Below, piece after piece: positions 9,601 to 17,551 of a DNA stretch of 64,000 nucleotides; position 1 is the first letter of the stretch, and the number at the start of each line of letters is the position of its first letter. The notes below the pieces were generated by a model that did no database searches, was not told the origin of the DNA, and worked only from the letters and a program-made list of their open reading frames with translations. The position numbers were made by a program, and so were the translations under genes. The DNA comes from an uncultured bacterium (GTDB taxonomy: Bacteria; Babelota; Babeliae; Babelales; Vermiphilaceae): NCBI GenBank assembly GCA_963707655.1, contig OY970172.1, positions 992,001-1,056,000 of the forward strand. The letters run 5' to 3'.

Positions 9601-11160
9601 CGTCAACGATCAAAATATCGTGAGGGAAGCCTAGCAAAAGAACGCGTTGAGCGACTAAATAGCTTGGGCTTCGAGTGGGAATTGCCTAAATTAAAAAAGG
9701 ACGTTGTAGCACAAGAAAGAAAGTCATATTCTGAGATTTGGGAAGAAAGATTTATCTTGTTGCAGCAATATAGAGATATCCATAATCATTGTAATGTACC
9801 TCAAAATTATCAAGATAAATCGCTTGCCATGTGGGTTGGAACGCTGCGTACACTCTATAACAAAAGGAGTCCACGACTTTCGGCTGAAAAAATCAAGAAG
9901 CTTGATGCCATTGGATTCGACTGGGAGCCTACGACATCTCAGTGGGAAAATATGTTCTTAAAATTGCGTGAATTTAAACGCGTTTACGGACATTGTAATG
10001 TGCCGAGAAGCCAACGGCTTCTTGCTACATGGGTGGGCGTGCAACGTAAGCAGCATAAGAAAAATAGCATGATCCCTACCCGCATAAGTAGATTGAATGA
10101 AATCGGTTTTATATGGGACGTTAAAAAAGAATACTGGCATAAAATGTTTCATGAATTAAAGAAATTTATTGAAATTAATGGGCACTGTAATGTTTTTAGA
10201 ACAGGCAAGCTGGGCAATTGGGTTGCAAACCAGAGAGGTAATTATAAACGAGGAACGTTACCGTCTGCTCAAATTAACAAACTTAATGAAATAAATTTTG
10301 TTTTTGTCCCCTATGCTACAGCTTGGGAGAAAAATTATAGTGATTTATGCCTGTTTGTTAGGGAAAATGGGCATTGCATAATTACGTCTGAAACCCTTGT
10401 GAGTTCCCCACTCCTTACTTGGGCTCATAACCAACGTTCTGATTACAAAAATGGGAACCTATTCATAGAACAAATTAAAAAACTTAATGATATTGGTTTT
10501 GTTTGGGATTTCTTGGCTTATAAATGGGAAAAAAACTTTGAGGAGTTGCTGAAATTCAAAAGTGTTCATGGGCATTGCAACGTTCCTGGTAAGTTCAAAG
10601 AAAACATTTCCTTATCTCATTTCGTTGTTGCACTTCGTAAAAATTATAAAAAGGGAATTTTGTCTAAAGAACAGGTTAAACGGCTAAATGATCTCGGCTT
10701 TATTTGGGATGTTTTAGAAGAGCAATGGGAAAAGAAATATCAAGACTTAATCAAGTTCCATGAAATTTATAGCCACTGCAATGTTCCAAATGATTATAGT
10801 GATCAAGGGTTACTCTCTTGGATAAAAAATCAACGTACTTATAAAAAATTAGGCAAGTTATCTCCAGAGCGAGTTTGCAAACTAGATGCAATTGGGTTTG
10901 TTTGGTATGTATTAGATACTTCTTGGGATGATGCATTTACAGCTTTATGTTTATTTAAGAACACTTATGGGCACACTAAAGTTCCTGCAACGCGCGTTAT
11001 TAACAATATTGCTTTAGGTAATTGGGTCAGAACGCAACGTGCAGCTCATCAAAATAATAAGCTTACTAAAGAACGTTTTGAAAAATTACAGAGCATAGAT
11101 TTTTCTTGGGCCATTATGGCACGATCTCAAAAACAAACATCCAAACTATCTATGGAGTAG
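6700..11160 (+). CDS. Mrr-like nuclease / SF2 helicase / 12x helicase-associated (HA) repeat protein
   Basis: GDAFE..DAGIDG..QVK nuclease motif; MACGTGKT, DEAH, TAT, QAAGRAMR helicase motifs; 12 repeats of W....L..F....GHC.VP...L..W...QR. Confidence 0.9.
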   Translation: MISPKHLKATYFSSKGLFHNLSSFTSLENRIANLPEIERGDAFEVFAEAYLKTQSLHQVEEIWPEKSLPQSLRELLNIPSDAGIDGVFKTSSGHYKAYQVKFRSNRGSLSWGGDSLGNFFGQADRVSERILFTNSMDLSDLAASRVNFYSIKGNELDCLEPSDFKTIEDWLKTGVARRERLKPKDHQQQAINAIIDELSVKDRTTAIMACGTGKTLVALRAAEKLQAKTILVLLPSLALIRQTLHDWARDHGWEKFHFLCVCSDHTVVNDESEMILFQRDLDFAVTTQPEEIAAFLNNGNVAPKIIFSTYQSCRMVAQAMPGNFAFDLAIFDEAHKTASRLATNHAFALSENNIAIKKRLFLTATPRHYNIDVKDKFGDNQLVFSMDDETIYGRVVYKLSFRAAVEQGLICDYKVLISVITSDMLNRELLKRGEVLIDGDIIKAQRIANILAIQNAVEQYGVKRIFSFHSSISAAKSFTAKTNEGVGAYLTDFATMHVSGEMSSSKRDAILSEFRDAEKALISNARCLTEGVNVPAVDMVVFVSPKRSKVDIAQAAGRAMRKHPGKERGYILIPLFMQDAGQEELEQALAKTKFDTVWDVLQAMCEQDESLVEIIAKLREARGRILGVNDSRLRERVEILGPELALKSLRDAITTRMIDRLGLSWDERFGQLVRFKEESGHCLVPNRYPENPGLGQWVQKNRWDYKKNALGSERIKRLNEINFAWDYEEAIWNTRYLDLCHFQQINGHCNVPRNYHDRQLEYWVGTQRVSYKKGKLSSIQIKQLEKIGFVWDCIEENWHSNYSMLAEFKQKNGHFVVPKDTRENKQLATWVSAQRKLQKKGNLSSEKIYLLEQINFMWDPVKAILEERFSQILSFFEKNGHCNVPDSYDEIVPGLCSWLRSRRNLYRKNLLDIDQIKRLEEMKIKWDPFDANWEEQFEALVLYKSKNGHTSVSKKYHESPSLGLWVLRQRSKYREGSLAKERVERLNSLGFEWELPKLKKDVVAQERKSYSEIWEERFILLQQYRDIHNHCNVPQNYQDKSLAMWVGTLRTLYNKRSPRLSAEKIKKLDAIGFDWEPTTSQWENMFLKLREFKRVYGHCNVPRSQRLLATWVGVQRKQHKKNSMIPTRISRLNEIGFIWDVKKEYWHKMFHELKKFIEINGHCNVFRTGKLGNWVANQRGNYKRGTLPSAQINKLNEINFVFVPYATAWEKNYSDLCLFVRENGHCIITSETLVSSPLLTWAHNQRSDYKNGNLFIEQIKKLNDIGFVWDFLAYKWEKNFEELLKFKSVHGHCNVPGKFKENISLSHFVVALRKNYKKGILSKEQVKRLNDLGFIWDVLEEQWEKKYQDLIKFHEIYSHCNVPNDYSDQGLLSWIKNQRTYKKLGKLSPERVCKLDAIGFVWYVLDTSWDDAFTALCLFKNTYGHTKVPATRVINNIALGNWVRTQRAAHQNNKLTKERFEKLQSIDFSWAIMARSQKQTSKLSME

Positions 11161-12228
11161 TTTTTTAAGCGCAACAATTTCTTCTGGCGCTAAATCGAAT
11201 TCTTTGTTTTTATCTAATGATCTCATTATTTCTCCCTGCCTATATTCATCTACGCTGCCATAGCTGGTGAATGTTGTTAATGGATTATTATGACCTATAT
11301 TTTGACTCCATACCTTAAATTCTTCAGGAGTTTTGCACAACTTGTAACCTAATTGAGCTACGGTGTGACGAAATGAATGCGGATTGTAGTAGGTTAGTCC
11401 AGCATTGTGAAATGCCTCTTCTATCACTTTTCTCAATGATGTAGTTGATTTCCATGGAGTCGAACCAAGCAGCGTCCTGCTGAATTTATCATTAGCGCCC
11501 AGTGACAATGCGGTACAAGGAAATAATGGAGCTTCATCATCAAATAGCTTTTCCTTCTTTAAGAAATTTACCCACTCAATGAAGATTTGCTTAAGGAAAT
11601 CGCCTACAGGAAAAAAGTAGGTAATAATCATCTTGCTGTTTTTTGTTTTTACCTCGTCCGGACGTTGCTCTATGCGTTGCTCGTCCAAAAGTATGTGCTT
11701 AAGTTTGAATGAAGCTACTGCCTGAATTCTTGCGCCACTAATGGCCATAAAAGCTATGAGAGCACGGTTCCTTTTTTGAATCTCAGTTTCTGCCGGCATG
11801 CTTTTTACCACATGTTCTATTTGTTCCAAGGTAGGGTAACGTTTAGGTTTTTGAGTTCTTGCTATTCTGATGTCTTTATCTTGTAATTTGAAATACGCAA
11901 TTTCACATGAGCGTATTCTGCTTCTGTACCCAGGCTGCGTCACCAGCCACTTGAAAAAGTCACTTAGGCTTCTTGTGGCATGTAGCAGGTAGGTTTTACT
12001 GACAAGCGTTTCCGTGCGTTTTGATTTCTTTTGCATAAGATGTTTTTTGAATCCGATAGCGTCATTCTTGTTAAATAACTTGAAGCTTTTAAAGCCTGTG
12101 TATTCCTCATAAATATACAGGTAATTTTGGATGTTAATAGCAGTTGAGCTGCTCTTGCCATTAGCCTCCTTTTCCCATTCCAAATACTTACGTTTAATTC
12201 GTTCGTTTTCAGCGTTATATTTGATCAT
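11146..12228 (-). CDS. Tyrosine recombinase/integrase
   Basis: SGAR, KTK, HSFRH, IGH and SY catalytic-type residues. Confidence 0.9.
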   Translation of the reverse strand: MIKYNAENERIKRKYLEWEKEANGKSSSTAINIQNYLYIYEEYTGFKSFKLFNKNDAIGFKKHLMQKKSKRTETLVSKTYLLHATRSLSDFFKWLVTQPGYRSRIRSCEIAYFKLQDKDIRIARTQKPKRYPTLEQIEHVVKSMPAETEIQKRNRALIAFMAISGARIQAVASFKLKHILLDEQRIEQRPDEVKTKNSKMIITYFFPVGDFLKQIFIEWVNFLKKEKLFDDEAPLFPCTALSLGANDKFSRTLLGSTPWKSTTSLRKVIEEAFHNAGLTYYNPHSFRHTVAQLGYKLCKTPEEFKVWSQNIGHNNPLTTFTSYGSVDEYRQGEIMRSLDKNKEFDLAPEEIVALKKLLHR

Positions 12229-12240
12229 TTTAGTCTCCTT

Positions 12241-12732
12241 TTATTTGATGGTGGTAGCGGGGGTGTTGTCACACTCTATTAAATTTTTTTGCTCTAGCCC
12301 TTCTATATGGAAAATTTTCGTAAAGGTATCTATTTTTGAAGGCGATATTGTTCTATTGATGCTCGATCCACATATCTCACATATACCAACGAGATTTGTT
12401 CGTTTATTGTTATGGTGAATACGGACTTTGTTATCTTTGGTGTACCTTGCCTTCTGGCATTTGCAGCAGAACAATTGGTTTTCAGCGCAAGGTTTTTTTC
12501 TGCCAGCATTTCTTACACTTAGAAAGTCGATTAAATCTTGTCCCCATATCAAGTACGGTAGTTGATCATCTATTTTCTTGAGCCCCGTCTTTAACCAGTC
12601 GCTAATGGTACCTTTATCAACCTTGAGAAGCTCTTTGATCTCTTCTATGGAATAGGAGTTTGCGCTTCTGATGATTCTTGTATTAAATCTTTTCCGAAAC
12701 TTCTTTACGTTTTTCTGCTTTTTCTTGTACAT
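12241..12732 (-). CDS. HTH protein with C-terminal Cys pairs (possible excisionase-like partner)
   Basis: YSIEEIKELLKVDKGTISDW HTH-like segment; CCKC and CEIC. Confidence 0.65.
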   Translation of the reverse strand: MYKKKQKNVKKFRKRFNTRIIRSANSYSIEEIKELLKVDKGTISDWLKTGLKKIDDQLPYLIWGQDLIDFLSVRNAGRKKPCAENQLFCCKCQKARYTKDNKVRIHHNNKRTNLVGICEICGSSINRTISPSKIDTFTKIFHIEGLEQKNLIECDNTPATTIK

Positions 12733-12863
12733 CTTTCATATCCCACTCGAGCAATAAATCAAAAAGATCAATTAATGGCTGGATATCAGATTTGATTTCT
12801 AGCCTATCTCCTTGCTGAGTTATGCTTTGCTTTTTTATGTCCATCGGTACTACTCAACAAAAT

Positions 12864-13136
12864 TTAGAATGCGCTATTAATGATTGCTTCATATTTGCGT
12901 ATGACAACATCTTCAATTGCTGTCGCAATCTCTTTGTTGATAGGATGAAAAATGGGCATACTACTGTTTAATGTTTTTCGAGTTGGGTAGGTCAACCTAT
13001 AACCACCTTGTGGGCGTGTATATATTCCTATGGAAGCAAAATAAAATAAGCTATCGAACGTGAAGCTTGCAAACGCTACAAGGCCGTCCTTTGGCTTGAG
13101 TGGAATTATTTGTATTTCTGATACCTTGTCTTTCAT
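12864..13136 (-). CDS. SpoVG-family nucleic-acid-binding protein
   Basis: GLVAFASFTFD..IGIY..GGYRLTYP..IFHPINKE pattern typical of SpoVG. Confidence 0.7.
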   Translation of the reverse strand: MKDKVSEIQIIPLKPKDGLVAFASFTFDSLFYFASIGIYTRPQGGYRLTYPTRKTLNSSMPIFHPINKEIATAIEDVVIRKYEAIINSAF

Positions 13137-13218
13137 AATCTTTACCTTTTGGGTTAAGGGTTAAGCTTTAACTGAAGACAAGGTAATAAAAAGGGTTCGG
13201 GCCCGGCTGGGCCCAGAA

Positions 13219-14235
13219 TTAACAGAGATATTTTGGATTAATTTGAACAGTATCATCCTTGATAAGAAGAAATTCTGGATGACCCAACTTGGCTACATTC
13301 TTGTTTATGCTACGACAAATCTCATAAATATCCGGACCTTCCTTTGCGTGATCGTTGTTCATAATCTTTTCGCTAATAGTTTCAAATTTTAAGGCTCTTT
13401 TTTTGATAAAGCTGTCGCCAGGAATTAGCATTTTCAAAACGATACGCGAATCACTATTTTTTTTGAAATTCGTTGATCCATCATTAATTTTAAGCTTGCC
13501 ATTATTAGGGTCATAAGAAATTGTGTATTTCACTTTTTCTTGAGTTACAGCTAATTGCCTCTCAAAAAAATCAATCGTATATCTTAAAATACGATTCATA
13601 TGAACTCGCAAATCAGGAATATTTTCTTTCTTTAGTTCTTGCTTGCCTTGACCATAATTGATATAGATGCGTGCTAGCTTATCCCAGCTATACCAAATGC
13701 GAGTTTGTTGAATATCTTCAAGGCGATTTTTTTCGCTATTCCACAAATAGAAACTTGGTGTAAAAATACATTCTTGCACTCTCCCTTCTTCATCTAAAAC
13801 TGCGCTTTTTTTGAGAAGACATTTTGCCTCTTTCGAGTGATTTTCTGCCAATGACCAAACAAAATCTCTTAATATTCTGTATTTAGCTATCATAGGATTA
13901 CTAATTGCCGCCATGTTGCTATCGCGATATAGTTCGAAAGCAAAAACATCATTGAATATAGGGTGGTAGTTTTTGCCATATTTTTTTGTTTGGTAATCCC
14001 TATATTCATAATATGCCAACTCCATTTCATATTCTGCTGCTTCCGTTAGATCTTGTAATAGCTGAGCATTATTTTTTGCTTCCCCGAGTATTTTTGTATT
14101 TATATGCCCCAGGTCGACATTTTTATCGTACTCAGCCATAAAGTCATAGATGAGCAACCCAAATAAGTTAGGATCATCGATCTGATTATTGCAGAGTGAT
14201 TGTAGTTTATTAACATTAGACTGGTTTTGTTGCAT
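13219..14235 (-). CDS. Hypothetical protein, possible C-terminal winged helix
   Basis: 338 aa ORF; C-terminal DIYEICRSINK..INPKY. Confidence 0.6.
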   Translation of the reverse strand: MQQNQSNVNKLQSLCNNQIDDPNLFGLLIYDFMAEYDKNVDLGHINTKILGEAKNNAQLLQDLTEAAEYEMELAYYEYRDYQTKKYGKNYHPIFNDVFAFELYRDSNMAAISNPMIAKYRILRDFVWSLAENHSKEAKCLLKKSAVLDEEGRVQECIFTPSFYLWNSEKNRLEDIQQTRIWYSWDKLARIYINYGQGKQELKKENIPDLRVHMNRILRYTIDFFERQLAVTQEKVKYTISYDPNNGKLKINDGSTNFKKNSDSRIVLKMLIPGDSFIKKRALKFETISEKIMNNDHAKEGPDIYEICRSINKNVAKLGHPEFLLIKDDTVQINPKYLC

Positions 14236-14290
14236 CTTCTTTACCTCTTAAAATACGTTTTTTATATTCTAATCGGTAAAAGTAGATTCT

Positions 14291-14584
14291 CTAAGCAAAA
14301 AGTACCTGTTCTATCGCATTTATGTTAGTCTGTTCGAAGGTAAAAGTTCTAAAATAGTCCGATAGGGCACACCAGCCTTCGCTTATTAGTCGCCAAGGCT
14401 ATGGCGGACAGGCCGGGGGCAAGATAGAGCTCGGCGAAAGCCTGAAGAAGCTCGTGAGAGCGAAGACAGGCAAGCTTCGTCTGGCTGCCGCCAGCAACTT
14501 TTTCACCCATTCTTTGCATCTTCATAAATCCTTGGTATATCTACTAAGACTTTTTTTATAGGAATCTGACCTTTAGGGAGAACT
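14291..14584. repeat. Junction repeat 1: recombinase-tail arm, core GGGCACACCA (14365-14374), structured leader and RBS
   Basis: Homologous to junctions with cores at 17330, 20183, 22680, 25439 and 27919. Confidence 0.9.
14514..14541 (+). promoter_or_regulatory. Putative sigma70-type promoter, repeated before each toxin gene
   Basis: TTGCAT-N16-TATATC followed by GGGAG RBS; identical in all four toxin units. Confidence 0.4.
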
Positions 14585-16489
14585 ATGAAGATTATCATTC
14601 TGATCAGTATCTTACTACAAATAGTGGCTATCCAAGCGGTATATCCCAATCGAGAGTTGACGACAAACTGGGATACCTCAACGCGAAATCGAGGCATATC
14701 ACAAAATAGTCTTGCTAAGATGAACCGTGCTCAATATATAAAAAATATTGCCGGTATCAACAGCCATTCTTCTTTCACTCCCTCTCACATTACATCCGGA
14801 ACACCTGCATACACGATGCTGCATGAGCCGCACAAATGCGCATCGTGGCAGGGGAGTGACTATTGGAATGCAATTGTCCAGGCATTCGGGCTTAAAGCAT
14901 CAATAGACAAGAATTATTATATTCCGTTCGGACTGCGTGAGTATGGCTATACTAGTGATTCACAGATTTTGTATATTCATGACGACAATATAATCCGCAT
15001 TATGCAGCAGGGGAAACTTTATGATTACGACAATTTCTGGTGCTTTATTAGCCAGTTTGATTCGTATGAATCAACACTGTTGCAACTGTTTAACAATGGC
15101 ACGCAGCGCAGCCAGCTTTCTCAAAAAGCGCGGCAGAAAATGCAACAAGAATGCACTCGCATTACTGAAAAACAACTGACAAAAGAGCGGGAGCAACAGC
15201 AGCGGTATCAGGAAGAATCGGTACGAAAACATTTTCAAGGAGAGCTTCCAGTAATTGAAGATTCAGTTGATGAGCAACAAGAATTGCATGATATTGCCCA
15301 TACATATAATTTGCATAACAAAAATCATTATGAAACGCGTCTGGCTGCCCTTGAAGATGTGGTAAGTAATAGCAGATATACCCGTGACGTGTACACTCTC
15401 GATGATGATGTGATAAGGATTCTGTCACAATCAGAATGCGATGCCAAACAATATACGACCAATTATGGCAATCAATTGCAGCAAGTCATTCACCGTGAAT
15501 GCATCGATATTGTCTCGCAAACAGCGCAACTCTCTGTCCGCTCTCCTCTTTATGATTATAAAAATTCATTAGCTAATTTTACCGATTCGGCGCGTTCATA
15601 TAACCAGGAAGGCTCATCTGGCAAAGCGATGCAAATCAATGATTTTTGCTATGCATTGCTCGATTATGGCTCAGCCATTGTTGAGGGCATTGCCTGCGGT
15701 GTCATTGGTGCAGCCAAAGATATGATTAACCATCCAGTTCAAACAGCATTGTGCGTGGTGGCCAGTGAATATGTGTTGGCCTATCAATTACTTAAAGTCA
15801 CCACCAACCTTGCCTCCATCGGTATATGCTATGCCTTTGATAAAGAAGCCGGCGCGCAACAATGGCATGATTATATTGAGCCAATAACGAATGTGATCAG
15901 CGCTATCAACAATAAAGAGGTAACGCTGCGAAACGGCATTAAAGGAGTTGTTGCCGTTGGCACCGGCATATATGCGCAAGGCAAGATGCTGAAAGGTCTA
16001 AACTCTTTTTATAGCACAACAAAAGCAAAGGCTTTTGAGTTTGTCAAAAACAATCCGTTGGTAACTCCGACTGAATATATGTCCACTCCTGAGGGAGTAT
16101 TATTTAAGGCTATACGCAATGCTCAAGAAGGATTGAATGATATTTCAGGAGAGGTTAAATCAGCATTAGATGGTATCAAAAATGACTTGAAGATGCGTTT
16201 CGAACAGCGAAGCTTGCAGCACATGTTTAGTCGGCATGCAAAGGATTTTGGAATATGCAAAGCGTGGAACAAGGCCACAGCCGTCGAGTTTGAAAAAATA
16301 ATTTTTGACCACATAAACACTGTTCACCCGATTAAAGGTACTTATCGTGGTGTACAAGAGGTTTTGCATTATTTTGATAAAAACAGCGGCCTTAATGTTA
16401 TGACGGATAAGGCCGGATCTCTTATTGGCGGATGGAAGTTAAGTGAAGATCAAATTAAATATCTCTTGTCGACTGGAGCGCTAAAATAA
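14585..16489 (+). CDS. Secreted polymorphic toxin 1, colicin D-like C-terminal tip
   Basis: Signal peptide; core shared with three paralogs; tip HAKDFGI..EFEKII.DH..KGTYRG..YFD..GLNV..G.LIGGWKL resembles the colicin D tRNase domain. Confidence 0.82.
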   Translation: MKIIILISILLQIVAIQAVYPNRELTTNWDTSTRNRGISQNSLAKMNRAQYIKNIAGINSHSSFTPSHITSGTPAYTMLHEPHKCASWQGSDYWNAIVQAFGLKASIDKNYYIPFGLREYGYTSDSQILYIHDDNIIRIMQQGKLYDYDNFWCFISQFDSYESTLLQLFNNGTQRSQLSQKARQKMQQECTRITEKQLTKEREQQQRYQEESVRKHFQGELPVIEDSVDEQQELHDIAHTYNLHNKNHYETRLAALEDVVSNSRYTRDVYTLDDDVIRILSQSECDAKQYTTNYGNQLQQVIHRECIDIVSQTAQLSVRSPLYDYKNSLANFTDSARSYNQEGSSGKAMQINDFCYALLDYGSAIVEGIACGVIGAAKDMINHPVQTALCVVASEYVLAYQLLKVTTNLASIGICYAFDKEAGAQQWHDYIEPITNVISAINNKEVTLRNGIKGVVAVGTGIYAQGKMLKGLNSFYSTTKAKAFEFVKNNPLVTPTEYMSTPEGVLFKAIRNAQEGLNDISGEVKSALDGIKNDLKMRFEQRSLQHMFSRHAKDFGICKAWNKATAVEFEKIIFDHINTVHPIKGTYRGVQEVLHYFDKNSGLNVMTDKAGSLIGGWKLSEDQIKYLLSTGALK

Positions 16490-16490
16490 C

Positions 16491-16961
16491 ATGCCTGAAT
16501 ACTTTGACATCTCACTTATCATCGGAAAAAGTGAACTACAAAAACAGCAATTACAGGATTTTTTATTACACACCTTTAATCTACACGAAGAAGAAAACGA
16601 TAGCCTTCGCAATGAAATTTCAGCATTCAAAAATGTTATTCTTACCATCTATGAATCAGAGGAAATTAATTTTATAGAGTTTGGTATAAGTATTCCGAAA
16701 TGTGTTTTTCATAAAAAATCATTTGATAGAGAGTTTAATCCTATTGATTTATTTATTACGCGTTGTCTGAAAGAATGCAAATTCATTCGATTCGCTTTAT
16801 GTAGTTATGAAATGAATGCATACTATATCGGCAAATTACAAAGAATTGAAGATTTCACCCCGCTTTTTTTAGCGCATTTTCCTATCACTTACTCAAAAGA
16901 CCTGCACAATGAGTCATTTTCAAAAATAATTAATACAACGGCGCAGGACATTTTTGTTTAA
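16491..16961 (+). CDS. Putative immunity protein 1
   Basis: Starts 1 nt after the toxin stop; small; unique to this unit. Confidence 0.7.
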   Translation: MPEYFDISLIIGKSELQKQQLQDFLLHTFNLHEEENDSLRNEISAFKNVILTIYESEEINFIEFGISIPKCVFHKKSFDREFNPIDLFITRCLKECKFIRFALCSYEMNAYYIGKLQRIEDFTPLFLAHFPITYSKDLHNESFSKIINTTAQDIFV

Positions 16962-17002
16962 TGTGTTCAATAAAATGGTTGCTTATGTAGCGAGGTAAGG
17001 CC

Positions 17003-17209
17003 ATGCAAAATAGATTAACGAATGAAGAAGCTTTTAATTCCATGAGGCTTTTTTTGGAAGAATATTACAAACGAACATCATCCGATGATATTGGTTCGCT
17101 GTTGGGGGATTTAATTCTTTTAGCAGACCAAACAACAGCAGATCCAGCCGCTTGGGAAGATTGGATGGACTGCGTTAAAAAAGTTAAAGAGAAAGAATAT
17201 CCATTGTGA
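17003..17209 (+). CDS. Putative orphan immunity protein
   Basis: LT..AF..M..LE.Y.K.TSSD.I..LL......TTAD...W.DW shared with 62784..63161. Confidence 0.7.
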   Translation: MQNRLTNEEAFNSMRLFLEEYYKRTSSDDIGSLLGDLILLADQTTADPAAWEDWMDCVKKVKEKEYPL

Positions 17210-17246
17210 TGGAGGCATTTTTGAAGAGCATCTGTATTTAGTAGCT

Positions 17247-17551
17247 TTAGATACCTATCGCAAAAAGTATTTGCTTAATCTGACTTATGCTCAAGTCTTC
17301 ATAACAAAAGTTGCTGAAATAGTCCGATAGGGCACACCACTCTTCGTTTATTCCGCCGTCGCCAAGGCTATGGCGGACAGGCCGGGGGCAAGATAGAGCT
17401 CGGCGAAAGCCTGAAGAAGCTCGTGAGAGCGAAGACAGGCAAGCTTCGTCTGGCTGCCGCCAGCAACTTTTTTACCCATTCTTTGCATCTTCATAAATCC
17501 TTGGTATATCTACTAAGACTTTTTCCAGGAATCTAACTTTCAGGGAGAACT
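17247..17551. repeat. Junction repeat 2 (core 17330-17339)
   Basis: AAAAGTTGCTGAAATAGTCCGATAGGGCACACCA plus leader nearly identical to junction 1. Confidence 0.92.

Larger units (their letters stand above)
4073..14374. mobile_element. Integrative island in the tRNA-Arg 3' end (attL core 4073-4082, attR core 14365-14374)
   Basis: Direct repeat GGGCACACCA at both ends; serine recombinase at the tRNA-proximal end; accessory cargo. Confidence 0.88.

Noticed and set aside
14291..14310. ssrA-like degradation tag in the long recombinase tail (..QVLFA*)
   Set aside because: Does not match the LAA terminus and is not terminal in the other tails; insufficient evidence
4083..14364. Prophage or ICE call for the island
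   Set aside because: No structural, terminase, relaxase or conjugation genes visible
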